Shown one piece after another: positions 38,505-49,025 of a stretch of 64,000 nt of DNA (the first letter of the stretch is position 1; the number at the start of each line of letters is the position of its first letter). The stretch covers positions 65,854-129,853 of the forward strand of contig DAONDZ010000002.1 in NCBI GenBank assembly GCA_035402825.1, in the 5' to 3' direction. Source of the DNA: a bacterium. Its GTDB lineage: Bacteria; Patescibacteriota; Patescibacteriia; Patescibacteriales; UBA12465. Both the position numbers and the translations under genes were made by a program. A model generated the notes under the pieces. That model saw nothing but the letters and a program-made list of their open reading frames with translations. It was not told the origin of the DNA and searched no databases.

Positions 38505-39941
38505 TTACTCCGCTTCCCGATGCCGCAGGACGGCTAAGGGGGTGCGCAAAAGAATTGATAGATCCAAAAGAATGGACCAATTTTCTATATAATAAATATC
38601 CAACTTTACTTCTTCTTCAAAAGCCAAATCGCTGCGGCCGGAAATTTGAGCCAGACCGGTAATCCCCGGTTTGATGGTCAAGGTTTTCTTGTGGTGCTGT
38701 TCATACTTAGCCACTTCCTCCGGCAAATGCGGCCGCGGTCCGACCAAGCTCATCCGGCCGATAAAGACCAACAGCAACTCCGGCAATTCATCAATACTCC
38801 AACGGCGAATAAACTTCCCCACCCGAGTAACTCGCGGATCATCCTTGATTTTTACCAGCGGCCCATCGCTGCGCAAATTTCGGTCAGCCAGTTCGTTGTA
38901 GCGCATACTATCAGCTCCATGAATCATGGAACGGAATTTAAAATATTTAAAAGGCTTGCCGCCCACGCCAATGCGATAGACGAAAGAGCCATCATCGCGG
39001 CGAGAGAAAAACACCGGACCTCGAGAATCTAATTTGATTAGAATGGTGGTGACTAAATAAACCGGCGAAAGGATGATGATTAATAATCCGGAAAGAATAA
39101 TGTCCATAATTCTCTTGGTCACTGCCCCCCAGCCTTCCAAGGTAGTTTTTTTCACCTCAGCAATCGGGATGCCGGTAATTTCTGTCACTTCGGTTCGCAA
39201 GACTTTAACCCCCAACAAGTCAGCCACGTATTTAAAGGTCAAATGACGTTCATTGGCAAAATCGTAGAGACGTAAAGTTTCCACCTTGCTCAAATTAGGA
39301 TCAGCCTGGATAACTTCATCTATCCATTTATGAGGATTGTTGGCTTCATAGTCCTTGATAAATTCGTCCAACTCATTAGCGGTCTCCAAAGAAAAATCCC
39401 GGACTCTTTTGACGACTTCATAACCGGAAGTTTTTTGAGAAAAGAATTCATGGACCAAGCTGTCAGCCGTTTTTCCGGCGCCGACTAAAATAACTTTGCG
39501 AACGCCGAGGCCATAGCGGAATAATGCTTTCTGGATGAAGCGCACTATAATCCGCATCACTATCATATAGAGCATGGCCAAAACCCAAGCGGCCAGCAAA
39601 ATGAAGCGAGAGTTAAATAGTTCCCGTTTAAAAAATATATAAATAACCACCAGGACTAAGCCAACGGAGCAGACGGAAATTATCTTGGCCATTTCTTTGG
39701 CTAATTTGCGCGGCGTGGAAATAGCATAGAGGCCAGATAAAACAAAAACCACCAGCCAAATCAAAGAGACAATAGCGACGATTTTAAAATAATTAGTGGG
39801 ATTAAAATCAAACATTACCGGTCTAATCTCTTTAGTAAAATCAGCGAAACGAAGATAATAAGAAGAGAGACCAGCCAACAGCAAAACAATGAAATCCAAT
39901 GGAATGAGAATTAACGAAAAGATTGATTCGGTTTTTTTCAT
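38505..39941 (-). CDS. Polyprenyl-phosphate hexose-1-phosphate transferase (WbaP-like initiating sugar transferase)
   Basis: N-terminal TM bundle plus C-terminal bacterial sugar transferase domain (SLVGPRP, PGITGLAQISGR). Confidence 0.88.
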   Translation of the reverse strand: MKKTESIFSLILIPLDFIVLLLAGLSSYYLRFADFTKEIRPVMFDFNPTNYFKIVAIVSLIWLVVFVLSGLYAISTPRKLAKEMAKIISVCSVGLVLVVIYIFFKRELFNSRFILLAAWVLAMLYMIVMRIIVRFIQKALFRYGLGVRKVILVGAGKTADSLVHEFFSQKTSGYEVVKRVRDFSLETANELDEFIKDYEANNPHKWIDEVIQADPNLSKVETLRLYDFANERHLTFKYVADLLGVKVLRTEVTEITGIPIAEVKKTTLEGWGAVTKRIMDIILSGLLIIILSPVYLVTTILIKLDSRGPVFFSRRDDGSFVYRIGVGGKPFKYFKFRSMIHGADSMRYNELADRNLRSDGPLVKIKDDPRVTRVGKFIRRWSIDELPELLLVFIGRMSLVGPRPHLPEEVAKYEQHHKKTLTIKPGITGLAQISGRSDLAFEEEVKLDIYYIENWSILLDLSILLRTPLAVLRHREAE

Positions 39942-39959
39942 AGTTAAATAATTAATTTG

Positions 39960-40318
39960 ACCAAGGCAGGCTATAAGCCGGATTCTGTCCGAGCCCGAAG
40001 GCTCTGGACGGCCATTTATCTAGCCCGATTATTGCTAATCGGGTCTGGCGAACTACTTGTCACGGCTAAGCCGTGTTTGTTCTTGCTCCCTGATAGGGTT
40101 TGCCGCGACCTAATGTCACCATTAGGCGAGGGTCGTGGACCGACCCACTTTTCACCTTTCACCCTGAAACAGGGCTAGTATTGTCTCTGTGGCACTTTCC
40201 CTAAGCTCTAAAGAGCCCGGTGGGCGTTACCCACTATCAGCAGATTCCCGGAAACCGGGAAACGGGAGTCCGGACTTTCCTCCCCGACAAATATCGGAGC
40301 GACCGTCCACCTGCCCTA
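39960..40318 (-). ncRNA. rnpB: RNase P RNA (bacterial type A)
   Basis: Minus strand carries GGGGAGGAAAGUCCGGACUCC (P4 5' strand), CAGGGUGAAAGGUGAAAAGUGGG, GGGUAACGCCCACCGGG and ACAGAAUCCGGCUUAUAGCCUGCC (P4 3' strand/P1). P1 pairs AGGGCAGG with CCUGCCUU. Confidence 0.9.
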
Positions 40319-40407
40319 ATCATTTTGAGTATAGTATATAAAACGGCAAAAGTCAAAAAAATATATAAAAAATAGGCTAAAATTATGTAAACTTTAGCCT
40401 ATTTTAT

Positions 40408-43400
40408 CTATTCTATTTTACTCCCTTCATATAAGTCTTTTAAGCCATCAGCGGTAAACGATCCCTGCCAAATTCTAAAGTCATCAATTGTCGTGCCAAA
40501 ACCATTCATAGCTAAACCATCTATCATTTCATAATTTAACCAAGGCAAGAAAGCGGTATAGAGCACTACTCCGTCCACCGCATAGCTTAATTGATAATTA
40601 TAAGAATCATAGGTTAGAGCTATATAATGCCAATCATAATCGTTAGGAACGACGGCTTGCAAAGTATTGGCTAGACGATAATCCCGACCCTCCCATTGAT
40701 AACTGGTATAATCAGAGCCGGTAGACAAACCAAAAACTTTTTGACCGCCGCTTAATAGACTGAACTCGCCGTGAGAGCTAGGTAAAGGATTAATTTTTTG
40801 GAACCAAAAATCAAAAGTCAGGTCAGAATAATGGAAAGAAGAATTGAATACCGAGGAAAGGTTCTTTCCCGCTCCGACTTCCAGGCGCACCCCGCCATCG
40901 CGATAGCCGGTACGGCTCCAGAGCATTTCAGCTAAATTAATCTGGTTGCTATTAATACTATCTAACGACTCAACGCCTTGTCTTTCATCAAAAGACCAAT
41001 CCATTATGGGCACTGGTACAGTCGGCGCTTCTCTTTTATCTATCGGGCTAAACGGTAAAGACCGGCCGTATATTCCGGCTATCTCATCGGCCGACAATGC
41101 CCTATTCCAAAGAGCCACTTCATCAAGCAACGGGGCGCCATTGCCATCGCTAAGAGAAAAAGTATCATAACTACCCGAAAAAATCACATCAAAAAATCCT
41201 TCCCGCACAAATTGGCCATCAATATATAAACGCCAAGTATCCTGAGCGCTATCTATCACCCAAAACATTTGATGCCAAGCATTGTCATTAGGCAGAGTTT
41301 GGCCATAAAATCGCTGGCTGCTAGGCAAGCCAGTAATCTCTGTATACAGTGGACTAAAAGACACCGAAACATCGGCGGCTGGATTAATTCGATTATAAAA
41401 CCTAGCTTTAATCCGTCCTAACTCACTGGTCTGCTGCCAAAAACTTAGAGTCATTTGGCTGATATCTAATTTATCCGCAAAAACAGTTTTAATTTCCGGA
41501 CCGGGCACTGGCAAATAAAGACCGCAACCAAATAATCCTTTCTGAAAAACCCAATTGCCAGATAAATTGTTATTACCTATACTGTCAGAAAAATTCGCGC
41601 CGAAACATTCATCAAAATGCCAAAGATGAATTAAGCCATTGGAATCTTGGGATTGATTGAAGGGCAAATTATCGACATCATTTTCATCGGGTTCTTCTCC
41701 GTCTCCCACCAAAACAAAATCAACGCTATTATTTCCAGAATCATAGCCATAGCCGTCTAAGCTATTAGCCATTGATTCCGCAGTGGAAACCGCGCTGGCC
41801 TTTCTGGTTAAAATATAATTATCACCAATAGCAGCCGCGGCCGAGCCTTCATAATATAAAGCGCTGGGACCAAAACCGACCAAATCAACCAAGTCCGCGT
41901 CATCGGTGCCACTGATAGCATCGGTTCCTAAAAACAAAGAGTAGCCATCGCCGTCCCAAGTAAATCCTGATGTAGCGGCAATCGCTTGGGCTTTAGATTT
42001 TAGAACCGCCCCGGCTTCATCTCGCGCTATTAAATAAGTTTGGTGAGAACCGATAATCGTTCCGCCAGGATAAGTGCCATCACTATCATTGCCGATACGC
42101 ATTATAATACTGGGGTCAGAGCTGGTTTTAGATTTTTCTAAACGATAACCCACCGCCGCTAAATCCACCGCCTCATCATTAGGATTATAAAGCTCAACTG
42201 CGTCATCATCACCGGTGGCAAAAATCCGGGCGATCAAAATAGTCGGGATAGCTTCAGGCGTTATGGGGTCAGTGGAGGTGCTTATAGGGTCAGTGGAAGT
42301 AGAATTATCATCAGGAGTATTCTCTTCTGAATTGTTATCATCATTCTCTTCTTCATCATTATTATCAACAACTTCTGCTTCGCTAGAAAGCAAAACAAAA
42401 TCAGCCTGGTTATCATCGCTATCTCTACCCGGCTGATTATTCCCCAACAATTTCCTTTCCAAATAATGATTAACCTCTAGAGCTAGAGTTGGATTAGATT
42501 CATAATAAACAGCGTCATCTCCGAAACCAACAAAGTCCTGAATATCTTGATCATCACTGGATGAAATAGCATTAGTTCCTAAATATAAAGTATAGCCGGA
42601 ATCTCCCCAGGAAAATCCGGAGTTAGAAATTACGGCGTCAGCCTCTGCCCGCAAATCTGCTTCGACTTCTTCGTCCACTAAAAGATAAGTCGTTTGAGCC
42701 GCTATCTCCACGCCGCCGGGATAAGTACCATCATTATCATTTCCCAAGCGAACCATAATTGAAGGATCAACGGCGGTCTTGGCTTTTTCTAAACGATAAT
42801 TCTCCGCGGCCATATCTACCGCTTCATTATTAGGATTATATAACCTAAGCCAATGGCCGCTGCCGCTATGTCCGAAAGAAGCAATAAGCAATTTATGTTT
42901 TGGACTATCTTGGTTAACTATGGTTTGATAATTATTAACTACAGCCGGAGAATCTTCTGTTTGATTATTAGTTGCCGAGTTATTAGCCTTAGGAGTTATA
43001 ATCGCTTTTTTTAAAGCAACCGGAGCAGGATTAACAGTTTTGCTAATCACGGCACTGACCACTTTGTCGGTGGTCGTACTATTTTTAACCGGCGCCGAGC
43101 TAGTAGCTTTTTTCCCTTCTTTCTGAGAAGTAGCGGTTGTGGTTTTTTTAGTACTAGCGGTCTTCTTGGTTGAGCTAGCGGCCTTAGTGGTTTTAGTAGT
43201 TTTATTCGCCGTAGTCTTGATATTAGTTTTAGCCGCTGAGCTGGTGCTAACCTTAGACTCACTTAAAGCTAATACTTCCTGAGGATGGCTCTTATTGATT
43301 CCTAAAAATTCGCCCGCCTGGTGCGCTAACTGTTTTATTGAAGATATGGGGTTATTAATAAAACTCCATCTCAAAATTAAGGAAACCGTCGGGGCGCTAC

Positions 43401-44217
43401 CCCGAATATCGGAATCATTAAAATCACTGGCTAAGGGAATATCAACTTCCACATCCGCTAAAGTCGGCTGCAAAGATTGAGTATAAGGAATAAAAAAATA
43501 ACGATCACCATGAAATTCTAAACCGGCATCGTATCCCAATAATTCGGGAGCCGGCAATAGCATATTGGATTTTTTGGCTATTTTAGAAAATTCTACATCT
43601 TGAGCCAAGCAATCGCCGGTCTTAGAATTATAAACATTTATACCGTCGTAGCCGTCAGGAGTGATATCAATGGCATATTTTAGAGGATCATAAACTAATT
43701 CCTTGAGGTTATAAGGATTATTGATTCCTGCGCTCTCATAAAGTTTTTCTGTAAAACCGACACAAGTCCAATCACCGCTCTCCGGTCCTTTTTGTTTTTT
43801 AAAATCATAATCATAGCCTAAACTTTTTTGCGCCAATATTTTGGCCAGCTCGGCCACCTTTTGTCTTTCCAATTCCGACAATCCTTTAGGAATTTTAGCG
43901 GCAATTAATTCTTCGCCATTTCTGGTATTGATAAAATATTTAGCCGGCGTTAATTGCAAACCATTAGCCAAAGCCTCGGCTATATATTCCTCGCCATTAA
44001 AATTGCCGACATAAATAGCAGCGTGGCCGGTATAAAGAGCATTAACCTTGCCCTTCTTAGCGGTGATAAGCTCGTTTTGATTATACCCATAAGCTAGACC
44101 ATCATTAGAGGTTCGATACAGCAAGGTTCCCAGCGGCATAGCTCGAGCTAAGTTGGGTTGCCAAAAAAATAAAGCTATGGCAATTAAAAGAAAACAAAAA
44201 ACAATTTTTTTATTCAT
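40408..44217 (-). CDS. Secreted multidomain protein: permuted papain-like (YiiX/NlpC-P60-type) amidase, S/T/K-rich linker, two lamin-tail domains, two LamG/concanavalin-like domains
   Basis: Signal peptide; GHAAIYVG...DWTCVGF His-then-Cys arrangement; duplicated W/A..LYNPN.EAVD...YRLEK.KT LTD modules; two LamG_3-like modules ending LDEVALWNRALSADEI and IDDFRIWQGSFTADGL. Confidence 0.8.
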   Translation of the reverse strand: MNKKIVFCFLLIAIALFFWQPNLARAMPLGTLLYRTSNDGLAYGYNQNELITAKKGKVNALYTGHAAIYVGNFNGEEYIAEALANGLQLTPAKYFINTRNGEELIAAKIPKGLSELERQKVAELAKILAQKSLGYDYDFKKQKGPESGDWTCVGFTEKLYESAGINNPYNLKELVYDPLKYAIDITPDGYDGINVYNSKTGDCLAQDVEFSKIAKKSNMLLPAPELLGYDAGLEFHGDRYFFIPYTQSLQPTLADVEVDIPLASDFNDSDIRGSAPTVSLILRWSFINNPISSIKQLAHQAGEFLGINKSHPQEVLALSESKVSTSSAAKTNIKTTANKTTKTTKAASSTKKTASTKKTTTATSQKEGKKATSSAPVKNSTTTDKVVSAVISKTVNPAPVALKKAIITPKANNSATNNQTEDSPAVVNNYQTIVNQDSPKHKLLIASFGHSGSGHWLRLYNPNNEAVDMAAENYRLEKAKTAVDPSIMVRLGNDNDGTYPGGVEIAAQTTYLLVDEEVEADLRAEADAVISNSGFSWGDSGYTLYLGTNAISSSDDQDIQDFVGFGDDAVYYESNPTLALEVNHYLERKLLGNNQPGRDSDDNQADFVLLSSEAEVVDNNDEEENDDNNSEENTPDDNSTSTDPISTSTDPITPEAIPTILIARIFATGDDDAVELYNPNDEAVDLAAVGYRLEKSKTSSDPSIIMRIGNDSDGTYPGGTIIGSHQTYLIARDEAGAVLKSKAQAIAATSGFTWDGDGYSLFLGTDAISGTDDADLVDLVGFGPSALYYEGSAAAAIGDNYILTRKASAVSTAESMANSLDGYGYDSGNNSVDFVLVGDGEEPDENDVDNLPFNQSQDSNGLIHLWHFDECFGANFSDSIGNNNLSGNWVFQKGLFGCGLYLPVPGPEIKTVFADKLDISQMTLSFWQQTSELGRIKARFYNRINPAADVSVSFSPLYTEITGLPSSQRFYGQTLPNDNAWHQMFWVIDSAQDTWRLYIDGQFVREGFFDVIFSGSYDTFSLSDGNGAPLLDEVALWNRALSADEIAGIYGRSLPFSPIDKREAPTVPVPIMDWSFDERQGVESLDSINSNQINLAEMLWSRTGYRDGGVRLEVGAGKNLSSVFNSSFHYSDLTFDFWFQKINPLPSSHGEFSLLSGGQKVFGLSTGSDYTSYQWEGRDYRLANTLQAVVPNDYDWHYIALTYDSYNYQLSYAVDGVVLYTAFLPWLNYEMIDGLAMNGFGTTIDDFRIWQGSFTADGLKDLYEGSKIE
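41803..42894 (-). repeat. Internal tandem duplication encoding two ~145-aa lamin-tail-domain modules, separated by an acidic linker with a duplicated STSTDPI motif
   Basis: Modules at about 42450-42894 and 41803-42240 align residue by residue (LYNPN.EAVD.AA..YRLEK.KT..DPSI..R.GND.DGTYPGG). Confidence 0.8.
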
Positions 44218-44233
44218 AAAAATAATAAATTAA

Positions 44234-45193
44234 TTATTCTAAACTTTGCGCGGCAATACTATTCTCACTATATTCTTGCCACTCCGCTGCGCTCACGACC
44301 GGGCGCAACCCTTCGGCGATATCCAAAATGTCAGCCAGAAAAGTACGGGTAAACTTATCTACCGCCTTGTCAGAAAATATTTCCGTTAATCCTGATCGCA
44401 CATTTTCAACGGTTAAATAATCGGACAATAAAAAGACCACGGTTTTTTTCAGATAAATATCAGCGGACGGCTGGCGCAAAAAATCCAGAAACTTTAATAA
44501 GCGATCGCCAGCCAGAACATCAGATTGTCCTCCCATTCCGCTTAAAGCGATTAAAGCCTGCTCTTTAATTTTTAAACTGGGATCAATTTGCCAAAGCTGA
44601 AAATAGAAATCAATCTGAGAAGGATTAGGGTTTTGAGATAAGAGCTGCAGCGCTTCATAACGCTCAGAAATAATATTATTTTGGTCAGCAATAAATGCCA
44701 TCAGCTCTTTCTCTAAACCGCCATCTAAATATTCTAACTTTTTACTAAGCCTCATTCTTTCCAACACTCCTCCGTCCGCAGTCGTTAAATAATCATTTAA
44801 TTTTTTTGGCCAGGAGCCGACCGGATACTCCTCTGCCCATAACTCGGCTAACTCCAATCGCAAACATTCATTTTCATTTTCATTAATCAAGCGAGACACT
44901 GTATCCTCCTGCCAGCGCGGTTCTCGCCAAGCAGTCACTATGATTTGCCGATATCTTTCTCTCTCCAAAAAACAATCTTCATGGCAGACTGGCTGGTTAT
45001 AACAAGATAATGCCAGCTTATCGATAGCTAACCGGGTCCGCAAATTGAAAGGAGCTAAAACATACCAATACTTCAACCAAAAACAGAGTAATAAAAAAGC
45101 CAATAGCAAACCAGCACCAGAAATAATAACTATCCGCCGCCAGCGTTTTTGTAAACAAAACCACCGGCGACATTTTTTCAATATCTCCTTCAT
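44234..45193 (-). CDS. Hypothetical membrane-anchored protein (helical-repeat C-terminus)
   Basis: Basic N-terminus plus TM helix IVIISGAGLLLAFLLLCFWL; the remainder is predicted alpha-helical from composition. Confidence 0.55.
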   Translation of the reverse strand: MKEILKKCRRWFCLQKRWRRIVIISGAGLLLAFLLLCFWLKYWYVLAPFNLRTRLAIDKLALSCYNQPVCHEDCFLERERYRQIIVTAWREPRWQEDTVSRLINENENECLRLELAELWAEEYPVGSWPKKLNDYLTTADGGVLERMRLSKKLEYLDGGLEKELMAFIADQNNIISERYEALQLLSQNPNPSQIDFYFQLWQIDPSLKIKEQALIALSGMGGQSDVLAGDRLLKFLDFLRQPSADIYLKKTVVFLLSDYLTVENVRSGLTEIFSDKAVDKFTRTFLADILDIAEGLRPVVSAAEWQEYSENSIAAQSLE

Positions 45194-45396
45194 AATTTAT
45201 AGAGGCCGCCAAGGCGCGCAACTTAGCTCAGCCGATTATCTCAGCCCAGAGAACTGATAGCTCTATTATAGCCGGTGACTAATTAAAAACCGCTAAAAAA
45301 GTTGTAGCCAAAATATGAAAAAATATTCCTAAAAAATCCAATAAAATCAAAAAATACTCATTTTATCAATTGAGCCTCAAAAACAACTGGGGAAAA

Positions 45397-45525
45397 TTGC
45401 CCCACCGAATTTTTTCTGCTATAATAGACTTAGGTATTTGTCGATTATATCCTCATCGGCTACAGGTACCTAAAGCCGAGCAGATACTAAACAAAAAACA
45501 CTCTCCGACGGGAAAGTGTTTTTTG
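45397..45525 (+). ncRNA. Candidate ~95-nt sRNA with its own promoter and terminator
   Basis: TTGCCC-17-TGcTATAAT (45397-45425); hairpins CGAT/ATCG and CGGCT-acaggtacctaa-AGCCG; terminal hairpin 45498-45520 plus T-run. Lies on the opposite strand to both flanking genes. Confidence 0.35.
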
Positions 45526-45545
45526 TATATAAGCGATAATTAAAA

Positions 45546-47615
45546 TTATTTAGCCAAAACTTCATTTAACTTTTCTGCCGCTTCATTATTTCCCTTTTTT
45601 GCCTGATCAGCCGCGGCTTGCTTGATTAAATCATCGTAAGATAAATACTTGGCCTTGCCGGACAAAGCGCATTGAGCGGCGAAATCATAAGCTAAATCAT
45701 ATTTTTCAAAAAAGAAATAGGTGTTAGCGAACTGGCAATTAACTTCCTGATTATCAGGTTTCAACTCTTTAATTTTATTTAAAGAAGCGATTACCTCCTC
45801 TTCTTCAGCACGAGTTAAATAAACATCGGCCCGAGTGAAATAAAGCGGATAGCGCTTAGGGCTGGAAGCGATGGCTTGCTCAATAGCGCCCACAGCGATA
45901 GCCGAATATTTATTTAACTTTTCTAAATCACGAAAATTGTAACGCGCCGCTAAATTAGCAATTCTTGCTAATTGACTGTTCATCATGCTGTCATAAGGAT
46001 TATAAGCCACGTTCTCTTGGCCGAAAGTCACGGCCATGTCCAAAACCTTGATAGCCGTCTTCTGATCCAGATAAGACAAGTATTGCGAGTTGCCGGCGAT
46101 TAAATTAACCAGTGTAGCGCGACTGTCCCGATTGTAGGGCGCTAAATTAACCGCTCGCTCGTAATAATCCATACCCTGAATAGCTTCTCCTTCGCTAATC
46201 GCGGCATATCCTTTAAGCGTCAGACTGAACATCTTAAATCCCTGAACATTCAAACACCAAATTGAGGCGATGAAAAATAAAGCTAGAACGCCGCCTAACA
46301 AATATTCCTTCCAACCGGAAAACCGGACTTCATCTTTAGGCTGTTGCGAATAATCCTGACTGTAAAAATAAGCCATGCCGAGTAGAGCAAAAAACATGAT
46401 ATAGGTGACTAAAGCATCAAAGAGAGCTAAGTTCTGAACAAAGTAAGCGATGATAATAGCGCAAAAAATTGATAGCTCACCGGATTTAATCTTCTTTTTT
46501 TGATAAGCTTTCACCAAATAATATCCTAGAGCCACAAAAATAGACAGATAGGCCAACAAACCTAAAGTGCCGGTAGTGGAAATTATATCCACCAAATTAT
46601 TATGCGCCCGATCAAAATAAGTTTCATTGGGAGAATAATCCAAAAAGCGCGGTTCAAAATAATAATCAAAAATGAAAGCATAATTGCCATGCCCTACTCC
46701 CAGAAGCGGATGATCTTTGAAATCCAAGTAAGCGGCGTGCCAAGAAATTAAACGAGTATTCCAAGTCGGATTGGAAGCTGAAAAATCCTTGAGAGCTAAC
46801 CCTAAGCTGCTATTTTTCAACAGCGCTGAATTGCGGCCGAAAAATAAAGCAGCCACTATCACCACCAGAGCAATAACGGAAGCTATTCCTAAACGTCGCT
46901 GAGCTTTCTGCGGCGACAAAAATGACCACAACAAAATACCGCCAACTATTCCCGCCGCCAAACCCACATAGGCGCCGGAAATATTAGCCCGAATCAATCC
47001 ATAGAATAAGAAAGGTATAGCCACCAAATAAAGCCAGTTATAATTTTCTTTCAAAGCTTTTAAATTTTTAAAAGCCAGCGGCTTCAAGCGATAGATAGCA
47101 AAGCCGAGAGCAAAAAGCATCAAGGCGCCGACATAGGCGGCGTTTCCCAAGAAACTGGCCGGATAATTCTGCTTGAGACCATAAAGCACCACAATTACCG
47201 AAACCGCGATACTCACATCCAAAAAGCGCAACCAATCTTTCTTCTCGCGCCAAGCAGTAATAATAATTAAGTAAAACAAGAAGAAATGAAATAAATGGAA
47301 CCACCCCAGCATCCTTTCGGCATTGCCAAAAAAGCTCAAATTAAAATCTACTCCGATGAGACAAGAAATGAGCATGAAACCGAAATAAGCCAAAAGACCA
47401 AGAGTGATCCAAGAACGACTGGGGCGATAATTAGGATATTTAAGGACTAAAAGCAACCAGAAAAGAGTCAAAACCTCTATTAAGATATTAAACACCAGCT
47501 GCTTGGAAGTAATATAAGGGAACAAAAGTGCTGGAAATACCAATAATAGACAAAAAGGAGCCAAACAAGCCCCCCATTTTAAGATGTTCAAATAAGTCTT
47601 AGAGGTCATAGACAA
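45546..47615 (-). CDS. O-antigen ligase-like polytopic membrane protein with C-terminal TPR domain
   Basis: At least 10 TM segments with a large loop (Wzy_C/O-antigen ligase-like topology), then TPR-like repeats (YYERAVNLAPYN...). Family assignment comes from topology and context. Confidence 0.55.
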   Translation of the reverse strand: MSMTSKTYLNILKWGACLAPFCLLLVFPALLFPYITSKQLVFNILIEVLTLFWLLLVLKYPNYRPSRSWITLGLLAYFGFMLISCLIGVDFNLSFFGNAERMLGWFHLFHFFLFYLIIITAWREKKDWLRFLDVSIAVSVIVVLYGLKQNYPASFLGNAAYVGALMLFALGFAIYRLKPLAFKNLKALKENYNWLYLVAIPFLFYGLIRANISGAYVGLAAGIVGGILLWSFLSPQKAQRRLGIASVIALVVIVAALFFGRNSALLKNSSLGLALKDFSASNPTWNTRLISWHAAYLDFKDHPLLGVGHGNYAFIFDYYFEPRFLDYSPNETYFDRAHNNLVDIISTTGTLGLLAYLSIFVALGYYLVKAYQKKKIKSGELSIFCAIIIAYFVQNLALFDALVTYIMFFALLGMAYFYSQDYSQQPKDEVRFSGWKEYLLGGVLALFFIASIWCLNVQGFKMFSLTLKGYAAISEGEAIQGMDYYERAVNLAPYNRDSRATLVNLIAGNSQYLSYLDQKTAIKVLDMAVTFGQENVAYNPYDSMMNSQLARIANLAARYNFRDLEKLNKYSAIAVGAIEQAIASSPKRYPLYFTRADVYLTRAEEEEVIASLNKIKELKPDNQEVNCQFANTYFFFEKYDLAYDFAAQCALSGKAKYLSYDDLIKQAAADQAKKGNNEAAEKLNEVLAK

Positions 47616-47652
47616 AGTTATAATTTTAAGTTAAATTTGCTATAATAATTAT

Positions 47653-49023
47653 ATGCTAAAAACTAAAATAAAACAAACCATTTTAGTCCTAGGAGATCTC
47701 GGCGTTTTAGCCTTTTCCCTCTATTTGACCCTCATTGTTCGCTATCAATCCTGGCCGTCTTTTGAACGTTGGCATGAGAACAGCGAGGCATTCTTGCCGG
47801 TCTTTGCCACTTGGCTAATAGTCTTTTATATCAACAGTCTCTATCAGCTGAAATCTTTCGCTCACCGCGGCCGCTGGCTGGAATCATTTTTCAAATCCAC
47901 TTTAATCAGCTTCATCGTTTCCATTCTTTTTTTCTACCTCTTCCCTTTCACCTCGCTTTCACCGCGGGTTACTTTAATCATTTTCGTCTTCATATTCACT
48001 CTGGCTGATTTAGGTTGGCGCTATATGGCCAGCGATTGGCTAAAAAATCGTTTACCTAAAAATAATCTAGCTATCGTTGGCTATAATCAGATGATTGCCG
48101 AACTGGCTCGAGAGATTAAGAATAACCCTCACTTAGGCTACGACCTAAAATTCATTATTGCCGAAGACGAAATAGCTCAGGCTGCCCGAAACGACGGACT
48201 CTTAGTCTTCTCCGCCGATGACAATTTGGAAGAATTAGCCTCAAAGCATAAGATTAATATTATCGTCCTAGAAAAAGATATTAAAACCCACACTGAGCTG
48301 CACAAAAAATTATTTAACTGTTTGCCCTTAGGCATCACCTATATTTCTTTAGCCAGTTTTTTTGAATACTTAACCGGCCGAGTTCCGCTAGACATCATCA
48401 ATCGCGGCTGGTTTTTAGAGAACCTCAATTTGGCCGATAAAAAACTTTTTGAAAGAGCTAAACGCGTTTCCGATTTGTCTTTAGCCTTATTCATGCTCGT
48501 AATCACCGCCGCCTTTTGGCCGCTCATCGCCTTGAGCATCAAACTGGAAAGCCGCGGACCGGTTTTTTTCAAGCAAATGAGATTGGGAAAAAATAATATC
48601 CCTTTTGTGATGTATAAGTTCCGCACTATGAAGATTGAAAATAATAGTTTTTCTCCCACCGCCGAAGCGGATAAAAGAATCACTAAGATCGGCAACTTTT
48701 TGCGTAAATCCAGAATTGACGAGTTGCCCCAAATTATCAATATCATAAAAAGCGAGATGAGCCTAGTCGGACCCCGTCCCGAGCGGCCAGAACTGATCGC
48801 CGAGCTAGACCGGACTATACCATTTTTTAGCATCCGCACCTTGGTTAAACCGGGATTGTCCGGCTGGGATCAAATTTCCGGCGAATATCATTCCCCCGAC
48901 CCGGCCGATGCCTATAAAAAACTACAGCATGATTTATACTACATCAAAAACCGGACCGTCTATTTAGATTGGACTATAGTGCTCAAAACCATTAAGACCA
49001 CTCTGACCTATAAAGGCCGATAA
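47653..49023 (+). CDS. Polyprenyl-phosphate sugar-1-phosphate transferase (second WbaP-like paralog)
   Basis: SLVGPRPERP and PGLSGWDQISG motifs; N-terminal TM bundle. Confidence 0.88.
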   Translation: MLKTKIKQTILVLGDLGVLAFSLYLTLIVRYQSWPSFERWHENSEAFLPVFATWLIVFYINSLYQLKSFAHRGRWLESFFKSTLISFIVSILFFYLFPFTSLSPRVTLIIFVFIFTLADLGWRYMASDWLKNRLPKNNLAIVGYNQMIAELAREIKNNPHLGYDLKFIIAEDEIAQAARNDGLLVFSADDNLEELASKHKINIIVLEKDIKTHTELHKKLFNCLPLGITYISLASFFEYLTGRVPLDIINRGWFLENLNLADKKLFERAKRVSDLSLALFMLVITAAFWPLIALSIKLESRGPVFFKQMRLGKNNIPFVMYKFRTMKIENNSFSPTAEADKRITKIGNFLRKSRIDELPQIINIIKSEMSLVGPRPERPELIAELDRTIPFFSIRTLVKPGLSGWDQISGEYHSPDPADAYKKLQHDLYYIKNRTVYLDWTIVLKTIKTTLTYKGR

Positions 49024-49025
49024 CT

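Noticed and set aside
39957-40178. 73-aa + strand ORF
   Set aside because: It lies entirely inside and antisense to the RNase P RNA gene, so its openness reflects GC-rich structured RNA.
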